Source: an uncultured Methanomassiliicoccales archaeon (GTDB lineage Archaea; Thermoplasmatota; Thermoplasmata; Methanomassiliicoccales; UBA472). Taken from it: a DNA stretch of 64,000 bases. Positions 21,037 to 32,094 of this stretch are shown piece after piece; positions within the stretch are counted from its first letter, which is position 1, and each line of letters begins with the position of its first letter. The notes beneath the pieces are model-generated. The model worked only from the letters and a program-made list of their open reading frames with translations, ran no database searches and was not told the origin of the DNA. The DNA lies in assembly GCA_963695345.1 (NCBI GenBank), contig OY968769.1, positions 1,120,001-1,184,000 of the forward strand, in the 5' to 3' direction. The translations under genes were made by a program, and so were the position numbers.

Positions 21037-22513
21037 GGGAACACCTCGGCCGACACCCCGAACAGATCCGCGATATTGACCAGCAGGTCATTCAGCTGGG
21101 ATCGGGATGAACACGCCCATCACCAGTATCATGACCAGCAGTACTCCCATGGGCAGGAACCTGGAACGTTCCATCTCACCTTTGGTCACCCCTTCCGTCG
21201 GCTCGCCGAACATCATCTTGCTCACATGGTACATGAAAGCCGCGAATATCACCGAAAGCAGCAGGATGTAGATGCCGACGGCGAGATAGTTCGTCGCAGC
21301 CAGTCCGCCGGTCAGTATGGTCACCTCTGACAGGAATATGCTGAACGGAGGAGACCCGGTGATCGCCAGCGCTCCGGCGATGAACAGTATGGCGGTCATC
21401 GGGCATCAACGTCGAGACGCCCCTGATCCCGATTTATCTCCCTGGTCTTGAACTTCTGCAGCAGGTTGCCGGCCCCAAAGAACAGCAGGCATTTGGTGAG
21501 GGCATGGTTCAGCATGTGCAACAGCGCCCCGAAGATGCCCAGGAATCCCCCGATCCCGAAACCGAAGGCGATTATGCCCATGTGCTCTATGGAGGAATAG
21601 GCGAGAAGCCGCTTGAAATCCCTGGCCATGATGATGAAGGCCGCCGCCACGGCCATGGACACCAGCCCGAATATCAGCAGGAGCGTGGACGAGAACCCAG
21701 GAACCGTGATCGAAGTTATCAGGTGGAACCGCAGGATGCCGTACATGGCGCAGTTCAGGAGCACGCCCGGACAGCAGCGCGCTGACCGGGGTCGGGGCCT
21801 GGGAATGGGCGTCGGGAAGCCAGGTGTGCATCGGCGCCAGACCCACCTTGGTGCCGTAACCGACCATGATCAGGATGAAGGATATCTTGAGGAGCGTGGG
21901 GTCCAGGTCGGCGGCGTGCGTCATCAGGGTGGACCAGTTGAGCGCGTCGGACGATTCGCCCAGCGCCGGGATCGACGAGGCGTAGGCCAGGATCGTGCCG
22001 AACAGTGCCAGGGTGATGCCCACGGAGCAGATGATGAGGTACTTCCAGGCCGCCTCGACGGCGGTGTCGTTCTCCGTGAAACCGACCAGGAATGCGGAGG
22101 CGAGCGTGGTCGCCTCGATGGCGATCCACATGATGCCCAGGTTGTTGCTGACCACCACCATCAGCATCGTGAACATGAAGATGTGGAACAGGATGTAGTA
22201 GTACTCTGGCCCGGTCCACCTTCAGCTCCTTCTCCTTGAGCTCATGGCCGATGTACGGGATCGAGTAGATGGCGGCCATCATGCCGATGAAGGTGATGAT
22301 GAAGAGCATGTATGCGCTCAGCGAATCCACGTACCAGACGCCGTATCCCAATGTCACCGTTGGTCATCACATCATAGACTACGATAGACCGCAACGGCGA
22401 ACAGGGCGACGATCCCCGCCGTGGAGACCAGCTCCATCTGCCGACGGGACCTGGTGAAGTACAGCAGTAAAGCCGTGATGATGGGGATGGCTATCATCGA
22501 GTTCCAGGATCAT
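21033..22513 (-). CDS. hyfF: HyfF-like proton-translocating antiporter subunit; several frameshifts
   Basis: MWIAIEATTL, EAAWKY, GTKVGLAPMHTWLPDAHSQAP, KRLLAYSSIEHMG, GSPPFSIFLSE; overlapping start/stop with neighbours. Confidence 0.85.
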
Positions 22514-23174
22514 CAGTCCCTCAGCCTCCGCATGAAAGTGGTGTCAACCGTCTCGAAGGTATGATTGATCTTGAAAGCGAAGATGCCCATGATGATCGCC
22601 GCCACCAGCACGTCGAAGAATATGCCTATCTCGACGATCATCGGCATACCGTAGGTGAGAGAGATCGCCGCCAGGAACAGGCCGTTCTCCATCATCAGGA
22701 GTCCGACGATCTCGGTCATGGCCTTGCGCCGGGCGATGATGACGAAGAAGCCGATCAGTACCACCGCCAAGGAGATGGCCAGGCAGTTCTTGGTGATCAC
22801 AGCTTCCCTGGGCGATGATGGGCGAGGTTATGTAATAGGCGACGAAGGTCAGCGCTCCGCAGATCAGGAGCGACCCGGGTATGCTGACCAGCGGCTCGAC
22901 CTCCTTCTTGACCTTGATGCGGTCCACTGTGTAGATCCAGGAACCGGGGGATGACGATCACCTTCAGCACGATGGTCAGTATGGCGACGATGTAGATATG
23001 GTCCGCCTGGGTGTAATAGGCCACCGCCGCGGCCAGAAGACCCAAGGCCAAGGAGCCGAGCGTATAGGCCCGGATTATCTGGTGCATCCTGACGCCTGCT
23101 ACCAGAACGAACGCGAACAGCAGGATCAGGGCCGCCAGCCCGTTGATCACATCGGTCAGGAGTACGTCGCTCAT
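22513..23174 (-). CDS. hyfE: HyfE-like membrane subunit; frameshifted
   Basis: LKVIVIP, GLLMMENG, EIGIFFD across ORFs 22797-23174, 22544-22927 and 22513-22800. Confidence 0.85.
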
Positions 23175-23184
23175 CTTGGTCGCC

Positions 23185-24135
23185 TCATAGGATGTAGAAT
23201 GACATCACCGCCAGCAGGGCCAGCGTGAACGATACGGTCAACAGGTTGGGCAGTCGGAACAGCCGCAGCTTGGATATCGATGATTCGATGACCGCGATGA
23301 TCAAGGCCAGGAACAGCACCTTGACCAGGATGGCGACGAGACCCGACCCCGATGCTGAGCAACCGATAGGTCGTTGGCGATCCCCCACGGGAAGAACACG
23401 TTGGACAGGATCGTGAAGTACAGGACCAGCCGGGTCATGCTGGACAATTCCATCAGACCCAGCTTCTTGCCGGAATACTCCAGGATCATGGCCTCGTGGA
23501 TCATGGTGAGCTCAAGGTGGGTGGTCGGGTTGTCGACCGGCACCCGGGCGTTCTCGGCAATGGTCGAGATGAGGAAGGCGGCGGAGGCCAGGAACAGTGC
23601 CGGGCGCACCAGGTCGATACCCGAGACGGAAAGGGCGCTGGCGATCGAACCCAGACTGGTCGTGCCAGTGATGAGGCCCATGGCGAAGATCGAGAGCAGC
23701 ATCGTCGGTTCGACGATCGACGATACCATCATCTCCCTGCTGGAGCCCATCCCTCCGAAGGCGCTGCCGGCGTCCAGTGCGGCCAGTGCGGTGAAGAACC
23801 GCACCATGCCCAGAAGGTAGACCACCACGATGAGGTCGCCGACGAAGCCGAGCGTCCGAGTGACGAACACCGGAACGAGGAGCGCGGCGATCAGCACAAC
23901 GGCCATGGAGATGTACGGAGTGATCGAGAATATCCAGGAGGTCTCCCTGGAGACGACCGAATCCTTGTGGAAGTACTTGGCGATGTCACGGTAGGGCTGG
24001 AAGATGCTGGCCCCCCGCCTTTGCTGCGCATAGGCCTTGATCTTCCGGATGATGCCGGTGACCAGCGGGGCTATGGCGAGCAGGAGCAATGACCTGCAGA
24101 ACGCTCAGCACGATATCGATGTAGATCTGGTCCAT
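23185..24135 (-). CDS. hyfC: HyfC/NuoH-like membrane subunit; frameshifted
   Basis: RKIKAYAQQRRGASIFQPYRD, FGGMGSSRE, ENARVPVDNPTTHLELTMIHEAMILEYSG, KLRLFRLP. Confidence 0.88.
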
Positions 24136-24139
24136 CACA

Positions 24140-26167
24140 TCACCTGAATATTATCAGCAGGAACACCAGCGTGGCGAAGATGTAGGCCAGATAGGCCTGT
24201 ATGCTGCCCGCCTGGATCCTAGTGACCCTGCGCGCCATGGACGACCATGAGGGCCACCATTGGCTGGTACAGGTACTTCTCGAAGACTGGCACGACCACG
24301 AAGGCGTAGGATACCTTCTTTTTCACATATGGGGAGGATGTCGATTCGGTCCTGACCTCCGGTTTGGGCCGGTAGATGTAGCTGAACACCCGCACCAGGG
24401 GGTTGGAGTAGGCGGTTCCGGTGTACTGGTTGTGCGCCGTCAGCGGGGTGCCGCAATCCCATGTGTCCTCGATCACGGTCTTGCGCTTCGCCACCATACC
24501 GCCTGGAGATAACAATGACCAGGGGGACCATGACGGCGATGAGGATGGCCAATACGAACGGGGACATGGTCGAGAACTGGTCGTTCGTGGGGCTGATGAC
24601 GAAGCCGTTAACGATGGAGGAGGCTGCCGATACCCCTACCAGCGGAGTGGTCACCTGATCCACGTAGGGTATGATCGCGAAGGACATCACGCCGGTGACG
24701 ATGCAGAGGAAGGCAGCGATCCCGGAACCCACCAGCATGGTCCTGGGAACCTCCTTGGCGTGTTCGGCTTGCTCACTTCTGGGTTTGGCCAGGAAGACGA
24801 TCCCGAACAGTCTGACAAAACAGACCGCCGCCAAGGCACCGGTCAGTGCCAATATCGCTATCGCCACCGGAAGCAGGATCTTGACCGTCATGTCCGGGAT
24901 CTGGAACGACTGAAGGAGCGACTGGAAGATCAGCCATTCGCTGACGAACCCGTTGAACGGAGGGATGGCGGCGATGGACAGGGCACCGATGAAGAATATT
25001 ATCCCGGTCCACTTCATTCTCTTGGCCAGCCCACCAAGCTTCTCCATGTCCTTGGTGTGGGTTGCGAAAAGAATGGAACCGGCCCCCATGAACAGGGCTC
25101 CCTTGAAGAGCGCGTGGTTCATCACATGCAGCAGGGTGGCGATGAGCGCGAGTCCGGCCAGCGAATTCAGCTGGTATGACTGGAATACCATGGCGGCGCC
25201 GAGTCCGATGAGGATTATGCCCACGTTCTCCACCGTGGAGTAGGCGAGGACCCTCTTGATGTCCGTCTCCATCAGGGCGTACATCACCCCCAGCAGGGCT
25301 GAGATGGAGGCGACGAGCAGGACAAGCAGGCCCCACCAGGTGTCAGTGACGCCGAGGAAATCGAAGAAAGTCCGTATCATCATGAATATGGCGGTCTTGA
25401 CCATCACACCAGACATGAGCGCGGAGATGTTCGAGGGGGCGGCCGGATGGGCGTAGGGCAGCCACACGTGCAACGGGATGATCCCGGCCTTGGTGCCGAA
25501 GCCGATGAAAAGCAACACGAAGAGCGTGCTCTTGAGCGCGCTGGGCATCAACGCCCCGACACCCGAGTAAGCAGAGAAATCGAACGAATGGTCTTGGGTG
25601 AATAGTCCCATCATGATGAGCGCCACCATGATCAGGGCCGTACCTAGGTGGGTCATGACCACGTAGAGGAGGCCGGAGGACGCGATCCCTTCCTTGCGGT
25701 TCTCGTACACTACGAGGAGATACGAGGTCAGAGACATCGCCTCCCAAACGATCAGGAAGAAGATGGCGTTGCTCGCCGAGACCACGAAGGTCATGGAGAG
25801 CAGGAACAGATTGAACAGCAGCCCCAGCAGGCCGATGCTGTACTTACCGTCGTATTCCTTGGAGTAGCCGATCGAATAGATCGATACCGCGAACGAAACA
25901 ATGGAGATGACCAGGAGGAAGAAGGCGCTCAATCGGTCCAGGGCGAAATCCGAAATGTCCGAACGGGGTGTCGAACGGCAACTGGATGCTCATCGGCGAA
26001 CCGGTTAGCACCAGGATCGAGACGATCGTCCCGAGGAGGGAGGATAGAGCGGCAGCACCGAATGAGGCTATTGCACATTTCCTCTCCCATTTCCTAAGGA
26101 GAACGGCGCATATCGCACCAATAGTGCCGGTTACAATGAGGAGAATGAAGAACAGATCAGCTTCCAA
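24140..26167 (-). CDS. hyfB: HyfB-like antiporter subunit; frameshifted
   Basis: WEAMSL, GTKAGIIPLHVWLPYAHPAAPS, KRVLAYSTVENVG, PPFNGFVSEW, TWDCG, C-terminal IQAGSIQAYLAY. Confidence 0.9.
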
Positions 26168-26382
26168 AGGATGCCTCCCGCCCTTCTCTCAGCATCTCTT
26201 TCGGCGTATCCATCGTCCCAATTATGTTCGCACTCGTTGTGAAGACCTTCTGTGTTTTTTAGGCAAAATCAATACTGACCTTTAACCTTTCGTTGCTAAA
26301 TCACCTCGTGCCAACAGATCGACCCGACGATCAGATATCCAGGCCGCGGGTCACTCCCAGCCTTTTCCGGAGGCGAAGAACC

Positions 26383-27228
26383 TCATCGCCATACCGAGCG
26401 CCAGAACCGATATTGTTTCCCGTGCAGATTGCGCAGCAGAACATGAACCAGGGCGGTGGACACAACCCAGGCCAGGAGCGAGGATGTTTCCACCGGGCCC
26501 CAGCCCCAGAATCCCCTCATCCTATCACATAGTATGCCCAGACCGCCCCTATCGCAATGCCGAGGGTCAGGAGAAGCCATGCCGGCCTGGCCCAGAAGAG
26601 CCCGATCTCGGTCCAGCCCTCGTCCTTGCCCAACTGGTGGGAGAGGGCAGCGGCGAACACCATCATGAGCAAAGCATAGGCCGCGAAGACGAGAATCGGA
26701 TGAACGGCCATCTCCGGAGTCTGCAACGACAGGACCATCCCCTGGCCCTCAGGATACAGGGACACCAAGGACGGATCGCTCGGTGCGAATATGTTTCACG
26801 GTCAGGAGCACGATGGCGAATATGGCGGTGACTGTGATGGCGACCGTCCTCAACCTGATGCTGAAGTCAGCACGGTCTGAGTTCGCCCTTCGTTCTCGGT
26901 AGAGTTCCAGAACGATCACCAACGACATAAGCCAAGTGAGCAGCATGAACGACCTTTGCAGGCCAGACCAGATCCCCGACGGCTTGTAGACCACTTCGAG
27001 GTCGACAGATGAGTTGGACCAGACATAGGCAGGGCAGGTGTCGGTCACCAGGAACGCGTAGATGAGGTACAGCATAGAAAGGGTGAACATGACGAAAGAT
27101 AGGACCAGGGTAAGGTCGAATATCTTCGAAAGTCGGTCCGCCTTCCTATGGAGTATGACGAATCCGCATAGACCCGAAACGACCATCGATGCCGCTCCCA
27201 AGATAAGTAACAAATCTCCAGGTCCCAA
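26383..27228 (-). pseudogene. ccmF: Truncated, degenerate cytochrome c maturation heme lyase CcmF (N-terminal part)
   Basis: YVWSNSS..L...YK, WSGLQRS (normally WxGQEGS), LQTPEMAVHP, GIAIGAVWAYY, GFWGWGPVETSSL (normally WDPVE), TALVH; two frameshifts; ends after ~280 codons. Confidence 0.8.
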
Positions 27229-27267
27229 TGCTTCACCGCCAGTGACTAGATTTCACCAACTATCAAA

Positions 27268-28560
27268 TCATCCTTCCCCCGCTTTGACGTCGGACAGTAC
27301 CTTGATGTTCGGCCGGCGCCAGAGCGCAAGATATGCCGAAAAGGAGACCAAAAGCACAAGGGAACCGATGAACCAGGCGACCTCGATCGAGAACAGGCCG
27401 GAGATCAGGCCCAGGGCGACTGATGCCATCACCCCGCCCAACTGAGTGACCAACGAATCGAAGGACATCAGGGTGGAGCGCTTCTCGGAGGGTATTCCAG
27501 AGTTGAAGACTGCCGCGTGTGGAGAGCCCATCATCCCGATCAGCATATAGACAGTGAAATAGAACGCAACGAAACCGATGACCGTGTCCTGGATTGCCAG
27601 GATGGAGATGGAGACCGATATCCCGGCGGCTCCTGCCAAAAGGGTGAGATAGAGGTTGCCCTTGAAAATGTCCGCTACCTTGCCCGAGAGGGCACTGCCC
27701 ACAGACGCCATGGCGAAGTACCCGGCGGCGACCACTCCGAAGATCCAGGATTGGGAATCGGACCCGATGATGCCCTTGAGCTGCGGTTGCCAGAGGAGCT
27801 CCAGACTGAACAGCGCAAAACCGAGTGCAAGTGAGGCTATGAGGAGAAGGCGTGTGTTCCGGTGGCGGATCCCGAACTCCAACGCATCGCGCAGGACCAT
27901 CGGAACATCCTTGAATCCCTGGACCACACCCTTCCGGCCCTCCATGCCGCGATTCTCATTGATTAGGACAGACGTGAGCAGGAACTGGAACACTGACAGG
28001 ATCATCATGGCTATGATGTTCGCCGAGTACCTCCCCATCCCTGTGAGGGCGGCAGCCGAGTCTCCGAGCACCGTGGGAATGAGCCCTCCGACCAGGGCAC
28101 CCAAGGCCAGACCGATCGGGATGAAGACGTTGGCTGTGCCGAGCGCCTTCTGCAGATTGCCGCCGGGATGTTCCCGATTGAACTCGTCCACGAACCAGGC
28201 GTCCATGGAACCGGAGGAGAGGGCCCGGGCAACGCCATAGACGATGAACCCAGTGGAAAAGAACAGGAAGTCCTGACCGACGAGGATGAGCGCCAGCGCC
28301 ATCATGGAAACGCAAAGCGACGCCAGGTACACCTTCTTCCGTCCGATCGCGTCGGCCAGCCCGCCGGTGGGCAGTTCGAGCACGATGACCGTGCCGGAAT
28401 AGAGGGCCAGCACCGTCCCCACCTCGATCAGTCCCAATCCCTTGTCCAGAAGGAGAAGGACCATCACTGGGGTGAACATGCCGGGAATGAACCAGTGCAC
28501 GGTCTGGTTTGTGATGTACCTCAGAAGGAGCCGGTCGATCAATGTGAGCGCCTCGTCCAC
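27268..28560 (-). CDS. MFS transporter
   Basis: About 12 hydrophobic segments; LELPTGGLADAIGRKK, ALSSGSMDAW, IPSEKRSTLMSF. Confidence 0.92.
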   Translation of the reverse strand: MDEALTLIDRLLLRYITNQTVHWFIPGMFTPVMVLLLLDKGLGLIEVGTVLALYSGTVIVLELPTGGLADAIGRKKVYLASLCVSMMALALILVGQDFLFFSTGFIVYGVARALSSGSMDAWFVDEFNREHPGGNLQKALGTANVFIPIGLALGALVGGLIPTVLGDSAAALTGMGRYSANIIAMMILSVFQFLLTSVLINENRGMEGRKGVVQGFKDVPMVLRDALEFGIRHRNTRLLLIASLALGFALFSLELLWQPQLKGIIGSDSQSWIFGVVAAGYFAMASVGSALSGKVADIFKGNLYLTLLAGAAGISVSISILAIQDTVIGFVAFYFTVYMLIGMMGSPHAAVFNSGIPSEKRSTLMSFDSLVTQLGGVMASVALGLISGLFSIEVAWFIGSLVLLVSFSAYLALWRRPNIKVLSDVKAGEG

Positions 28561-28606
28561 GTGATATTTACCGAAACCCTTGGTGACCTGATAAGACTAG
28601 TGACGG

Positions 28607-28927
28607 TCAATACTTGGAGGTGCAGCCCATGGTGACCTCATCGGCATGCAGCGTCACCGGCAACCCGGCCGTTACCACTCCCTTGACCACGACGCTCTTG
28701 CCGTTCTCAAACCCTGACGGCAAGGTCCCGGTCATGATCACGATCATGGTGTCGTTGAGGTTCATCCTGTCGGTCAAGGTGAAGTTACCGGTTCCGAACC
28801 AGTTGTTGACATTTCTTTGGACTTCCAGGTATTCTCCGATATAATGGGATGTCCCGGCCCCGATGGCGGTTGAGTCCGACGTCACGGATGTCACCTCGAG
28901 GAAGTTCTTACCGGTCGTGTCCCAGCC
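28607..28927 (-). pseudogene. ccmE: CcmE heme chaperone (CxxxY type) lacking its N-terminal membrane anchor
   Basis: GWDTTGKNFLEV...GTLPSGFENGKSVVVKG...LHADEVTMGCTSKY (archaeal CPSKY-type end); no TM helix upstream in frame. Confidence 0.75.
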
Positions 28928-29440
28928 CCGGCCGCTGGTATCGTCGGGGCGTTCCTGGGATTGATCTTATTGTTCGTTTCGGGCTTTACGGGATACGGCT
29001 CAGGAGATGCTAGTGTCATCCTTACGGATCCGATTGTCCGAAACAAGGTGATGTTCACGTTCTTCGCAACCGTCCTCTGGGGTACCGTAGTGGTGATCAG
29101 ACTAGCCTTCAAACGGTAACTATGGACCTCGTTCGAGATTTCTGGATTATATACGTTGCTTGCCCTGGGAGCGTACGGGCTCATCGCTCTGATAGGTTCG
29201 ATGGGGGCACACCTCACTCAGGGAGAGAGCACGATCGACCCGTTACTGAACGCGATAGGCGTCGATTACACCAAGTTCTTCTTGCTGGATGCTAACCTGG
29301 CCATGGTGATTTCGATTTTCAGCCTGGCACTTATCGTGATCTGCATCTTCCTATCGGCAAGGATGAGATTGCTGAAGGTCCGAATAGCGAAGGAAGGCTC
29401 CAGGTGGACCCTGCCCCGGATCAACGAACCAAAGCAGTGA
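28928..29440 (+). pseudogene. 5'-truncated membrane protein gene with in-frame stop (DUF2231-like)
   Basis: Continuous hydrophobic frame AAGIVGAFLGLILLFVSGFTG...IRLAFKR*LWTS...GSMGAHLTQGES; TAA at 29117-29119; no start codon at the 5' end of the frame. Confidence 0.6.
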
Positions 29441-29459
29441 TCGAACCATTCCCCTTCCA

Positions 29460-31988
29460 TCATAATTCTTTCTCTACGTAGTAGCGGTAGAAGAAGAACT
29501 TCACGACCTCGACAAGGGCCAGATAGGCGACGATTATGAATACCAACGCCAAATAGAACTCCAGTGGCGGAGCGATGAGCTGGAACAGCGGCCCGATAGG
29601 CGTGTATGGCAGGAGGAAACCTATCACGACTATGGCCAGGCTGCTGAGCGTCAGCAATCGGCTCGGCTTCGAGCGATAGAACGGAGTGATCCTCGTGCGG
29701 ATCACGAAGATGATCAGCACCTGGGTGGCCAGACCTTCGATGAACCAGCTCGACTGGAACTGCTGTGGCGATGCTTTGAAAACGAACAGCAGGATGGCAA
29801 AGGTGATCAGGTCGAATATCGAACTTAGTAGCCCGAAGACGATCGTGTAGTTGCGTATGAATCGGACGCTCAGCCTTTTCGGTTTCTGAACATAGGAACT
29901 GTCCACATTGTCGGTGGGGATCGTGATCTCGGAGATATCGTACAGAAGGTTTCCGAGCAGTATCTGTATCGGCAGCATCGGCAGGAAGGTCAGGAAGAGG
30001 GACGCAATAGCGACGGAGAACATGTTACCGAAGTTGCTTGAGGTGCCCATCATGATGTACTTCATGGTGTTCGCGTGGGTCACCCGACCTTCCAGCACCC
30101 CGTCCTCGAGCACCTTCAGATCCTTCTTTAGCAAAATGATGTCGGCAGATTCCTTGGCCACGTCGACGGCGGTGTCCACCGAGATACTGACGTCCGCCGC
30201 CTTCAAAGGAGGTGCGTCGTTGACCCCGTCACCGAGATATCCCACCACATGGTTGTTCGCCCTCAAGGCCCGGATAATCCTCTCTTTCTGCATCGGGTTC
30301 ATACGGCAGAAGAGGTTGGCATCCTCGACCAGACGCGCCAAGGCGATGTCGCTGACGTTAACGATGTCGGCGCCGAGGACCGTGCCTTTCACCTCCACCC
30401 CGATGGATCGACAGACGTGGCGGGTCACCAGCTCGTTGTCACCGGTGAGCACCTTTAGTTCAACCCCAGAGGAACGCATCAGTCGGATGGCCTCGGCGGC
30501 GCTCTCCTTGGGAGGATCGATGAAGGCGAGGAATCCGACGAAGGTCATCCCCCTCTCGTCTGCCTGGTCGTAGACGACCCGGTCCGACTCCACCGCCTTT
30601 TCTGCGATGCCGAGCACCCGGAAGCCATTGGAGCTCATCTCCCGGAATCGTTCGTCGGCGATATTCCACGCCGCCTCCATTCCGACCGTTCCTGAACGGA
30701 GCCGGCAGGAGGTGCACGCCTTGAATATCTCCTCTGGGGCCCCTTTGGTGATCATTGTACGCTCATTTCCTTCGGCGATCACCACGGAGAGCTTCTTCCG
30801 CACGAAATCAAATGGGACCTCATCCACCTTCGAGAAGGACGAAGTGTCCATCTTGCGATATTCCAGTAGCGCCGCGTCCAAAGGACTCTTTATGCCGGAT
30901 TCGAAGATGCTGTTGAGATAGGCGTCCAACAGCACTGAGTCGTCATCGTTCCCTTCCGGATCGACATGGAGGATCAGCTCGATCCGGTTCTCGGTGAGAG
31001 TGCCGGTCTTATCCGTGCAGAGAACATCCATTGACCCGATGTTCTGGATCGACGAGAGCTTCTTCACGATGACATCCTTACCAGCCATCCTTATCGCCCC
31101 CCTAGAAAGCACCACCGTGATGATCATCGGCAGAAGTTCCGGGGTCAGACCGACAGCCAGCGCAAGGGCGAACAAAAGGGATTCGATCAGGTCCCGGTCG
31201 AACGCCGCGTTCACCGCGAAGACGAACAGCACGAGGAAGATGGTAAGTTCCGATATCAGATAACCGAACTGCCGTATGCCCCTGCTGTATTCCGTGTCTT
31301 GGTCCCGGCCAACAAGGCGCTTTGCTATCTGGCCATAGAGAGTGGCGGCACCAGTCCTGACTATCTCGATCGTGGCACTGCCGGAGACCACCGTGGTCCC
31401 CATGGAGGCGGTCGATTCGTCGGGAACGGTGTCCCTTCCTGACCCTGCGGGCCATTTCTCAACCGGGAACGGCTCGCCGGTCAGTGAGCTCTGGTCGATG
31501 AAGAAGTCGTTGGCGGAGATCACCTTTCCGTCCGCTGGAACGATGTCGCCGGAGGATAGCAGAACGGTGTCGCCCGGGACGATCAAAGAGATCTTGATCT
31601 CCTGGCTCTTTCCGTCCCTAACAACGGTGGCGGTGTTGGTGACCTTCTCCCTCAATTTCTGGGCTGCTTGGCTGGACTTGTTCTCCTGGTAGAAGTCCAG
31701 GGTTACGGAGACGATGACGAGGAAGAAGATTATGCCCGCCTGATCGCTCTGACCCGAGCTGCCGGAAATGAGGCCGGCGATCAGCAGGATGATGACCAGG
31801 GGGTTTTTGAAGTAGGAAATGAACTTCAGTAACAGGTTCTGTTGCTTTACCGCGATCTCGTTCGGCCCATGGACCTCCAGCAGCTGAGCCGCCTCAACGG
31901 ACGAAAGACCATGGACCGCACCGCCGTCGGGCTTGGTCCCCGCATCCCGACCGTCACCTCCGCGACCTGAAGGGCCCTGGTTCTCCAT
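29460..31988 (-). CDS. mgtA: Magnesium-translocating P-type ATPase
   Basis: LTGE, AVGLTPELLPMI, DKTGT, PFDFVRK, KGAPEE, TGD, GDGVND, SSNFGNMFS. Confidence 0.92.
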   Translation of the reverse strand: MENQGPSGRGGDGRDAGTKPDGGAVHGLSSVEAAQLLEVHGPNEIAVKQQNLLLKFISYFKNPLVIILLIAGLISGSSGQSDQAGIIFFLVIVSVTLDFYQENKSSQAAQKLREKVTNTATVVRDGKSQEIKISLIVPGDTVLLSSGDIVPADGKVISANDFFIDQSSLTGEPFPVEKWPAGSGRDTVPDESTASMGTTVVSGSATIEIVRTGAATLYGQIAKRLVGRDQDTEYSRGIRQFGYLISELTIFLVLFVFAVNAAFDRDLIESLLFALALAVGLTPELLPMIITVVLSRGAIRMAGKDVIVKKLSSIQNIGSMDVLCTDKTGTLTENRIELILHVDPEGNDDDSVLLDAYLNSIFESGIKSPLDAALLEYRKMDTSSFSKVDEVPFDFVRKKLSVVIAEGNERTMITKGAPEEIFKACTSCRLRSGTVGMEAAWNIADERFREMSSNGFRVLGIAEKAVESDRVVYDQADERGMTFVGFLAFIDPPKESAAEAIRLMRSSGVELKVLTGDNELVTRHVCRSIGVEVKGTVLGADIVNVSDIALARLVEDANLFCRMNPMQKERIIRALRANNHVVGYLGDGVNDAPPLKAADVSISVDTAVDVAKESADIILLKKDLKVLEDGVLEGRVTHANTMKYIMMGTSSNFGNMFSVAIASLFLTFLPMLPIQILLGNLLYDISEITIPTDNVDSSYVQKPKRLSVRFIRNYTIVFGLLSSIFDLITFAILLFVFKASPQQFQSSWFIEGLATQVLIIFVIRTRITPFYRSKPSRLLTLSSLAIVVIGFLLPYTPIGPLFQLIAPPLEFYLALVFIIVAYLALVEVVKFFFYRYYVEKEL

Positions 31989-32094
31989 CGGGCAACAATT
32001 GAAGCGCGCAACTAATCAAGGTTGCGAGCCCCGAAGAGAACTATCCAATTTCTAAAGCTAGAAATATGACGAACCCGAATGATATCTTGAGCCC

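Noticed and set aside
18600-26167. Functional NiFe hydrogenase-4 / formate hydrogenlyase
   Set aside because: Both NiFe-binding CxxC motifs are absent and no maturation or formate dehydrogenase genes are adjacent
29117-29119. In-frame stop as a recoded amino acid (Pyl/Sec)
   Set aside because: The codon is TAA, not TAG or TGA, and lies in a 5'-truncated gene within a decaying locus
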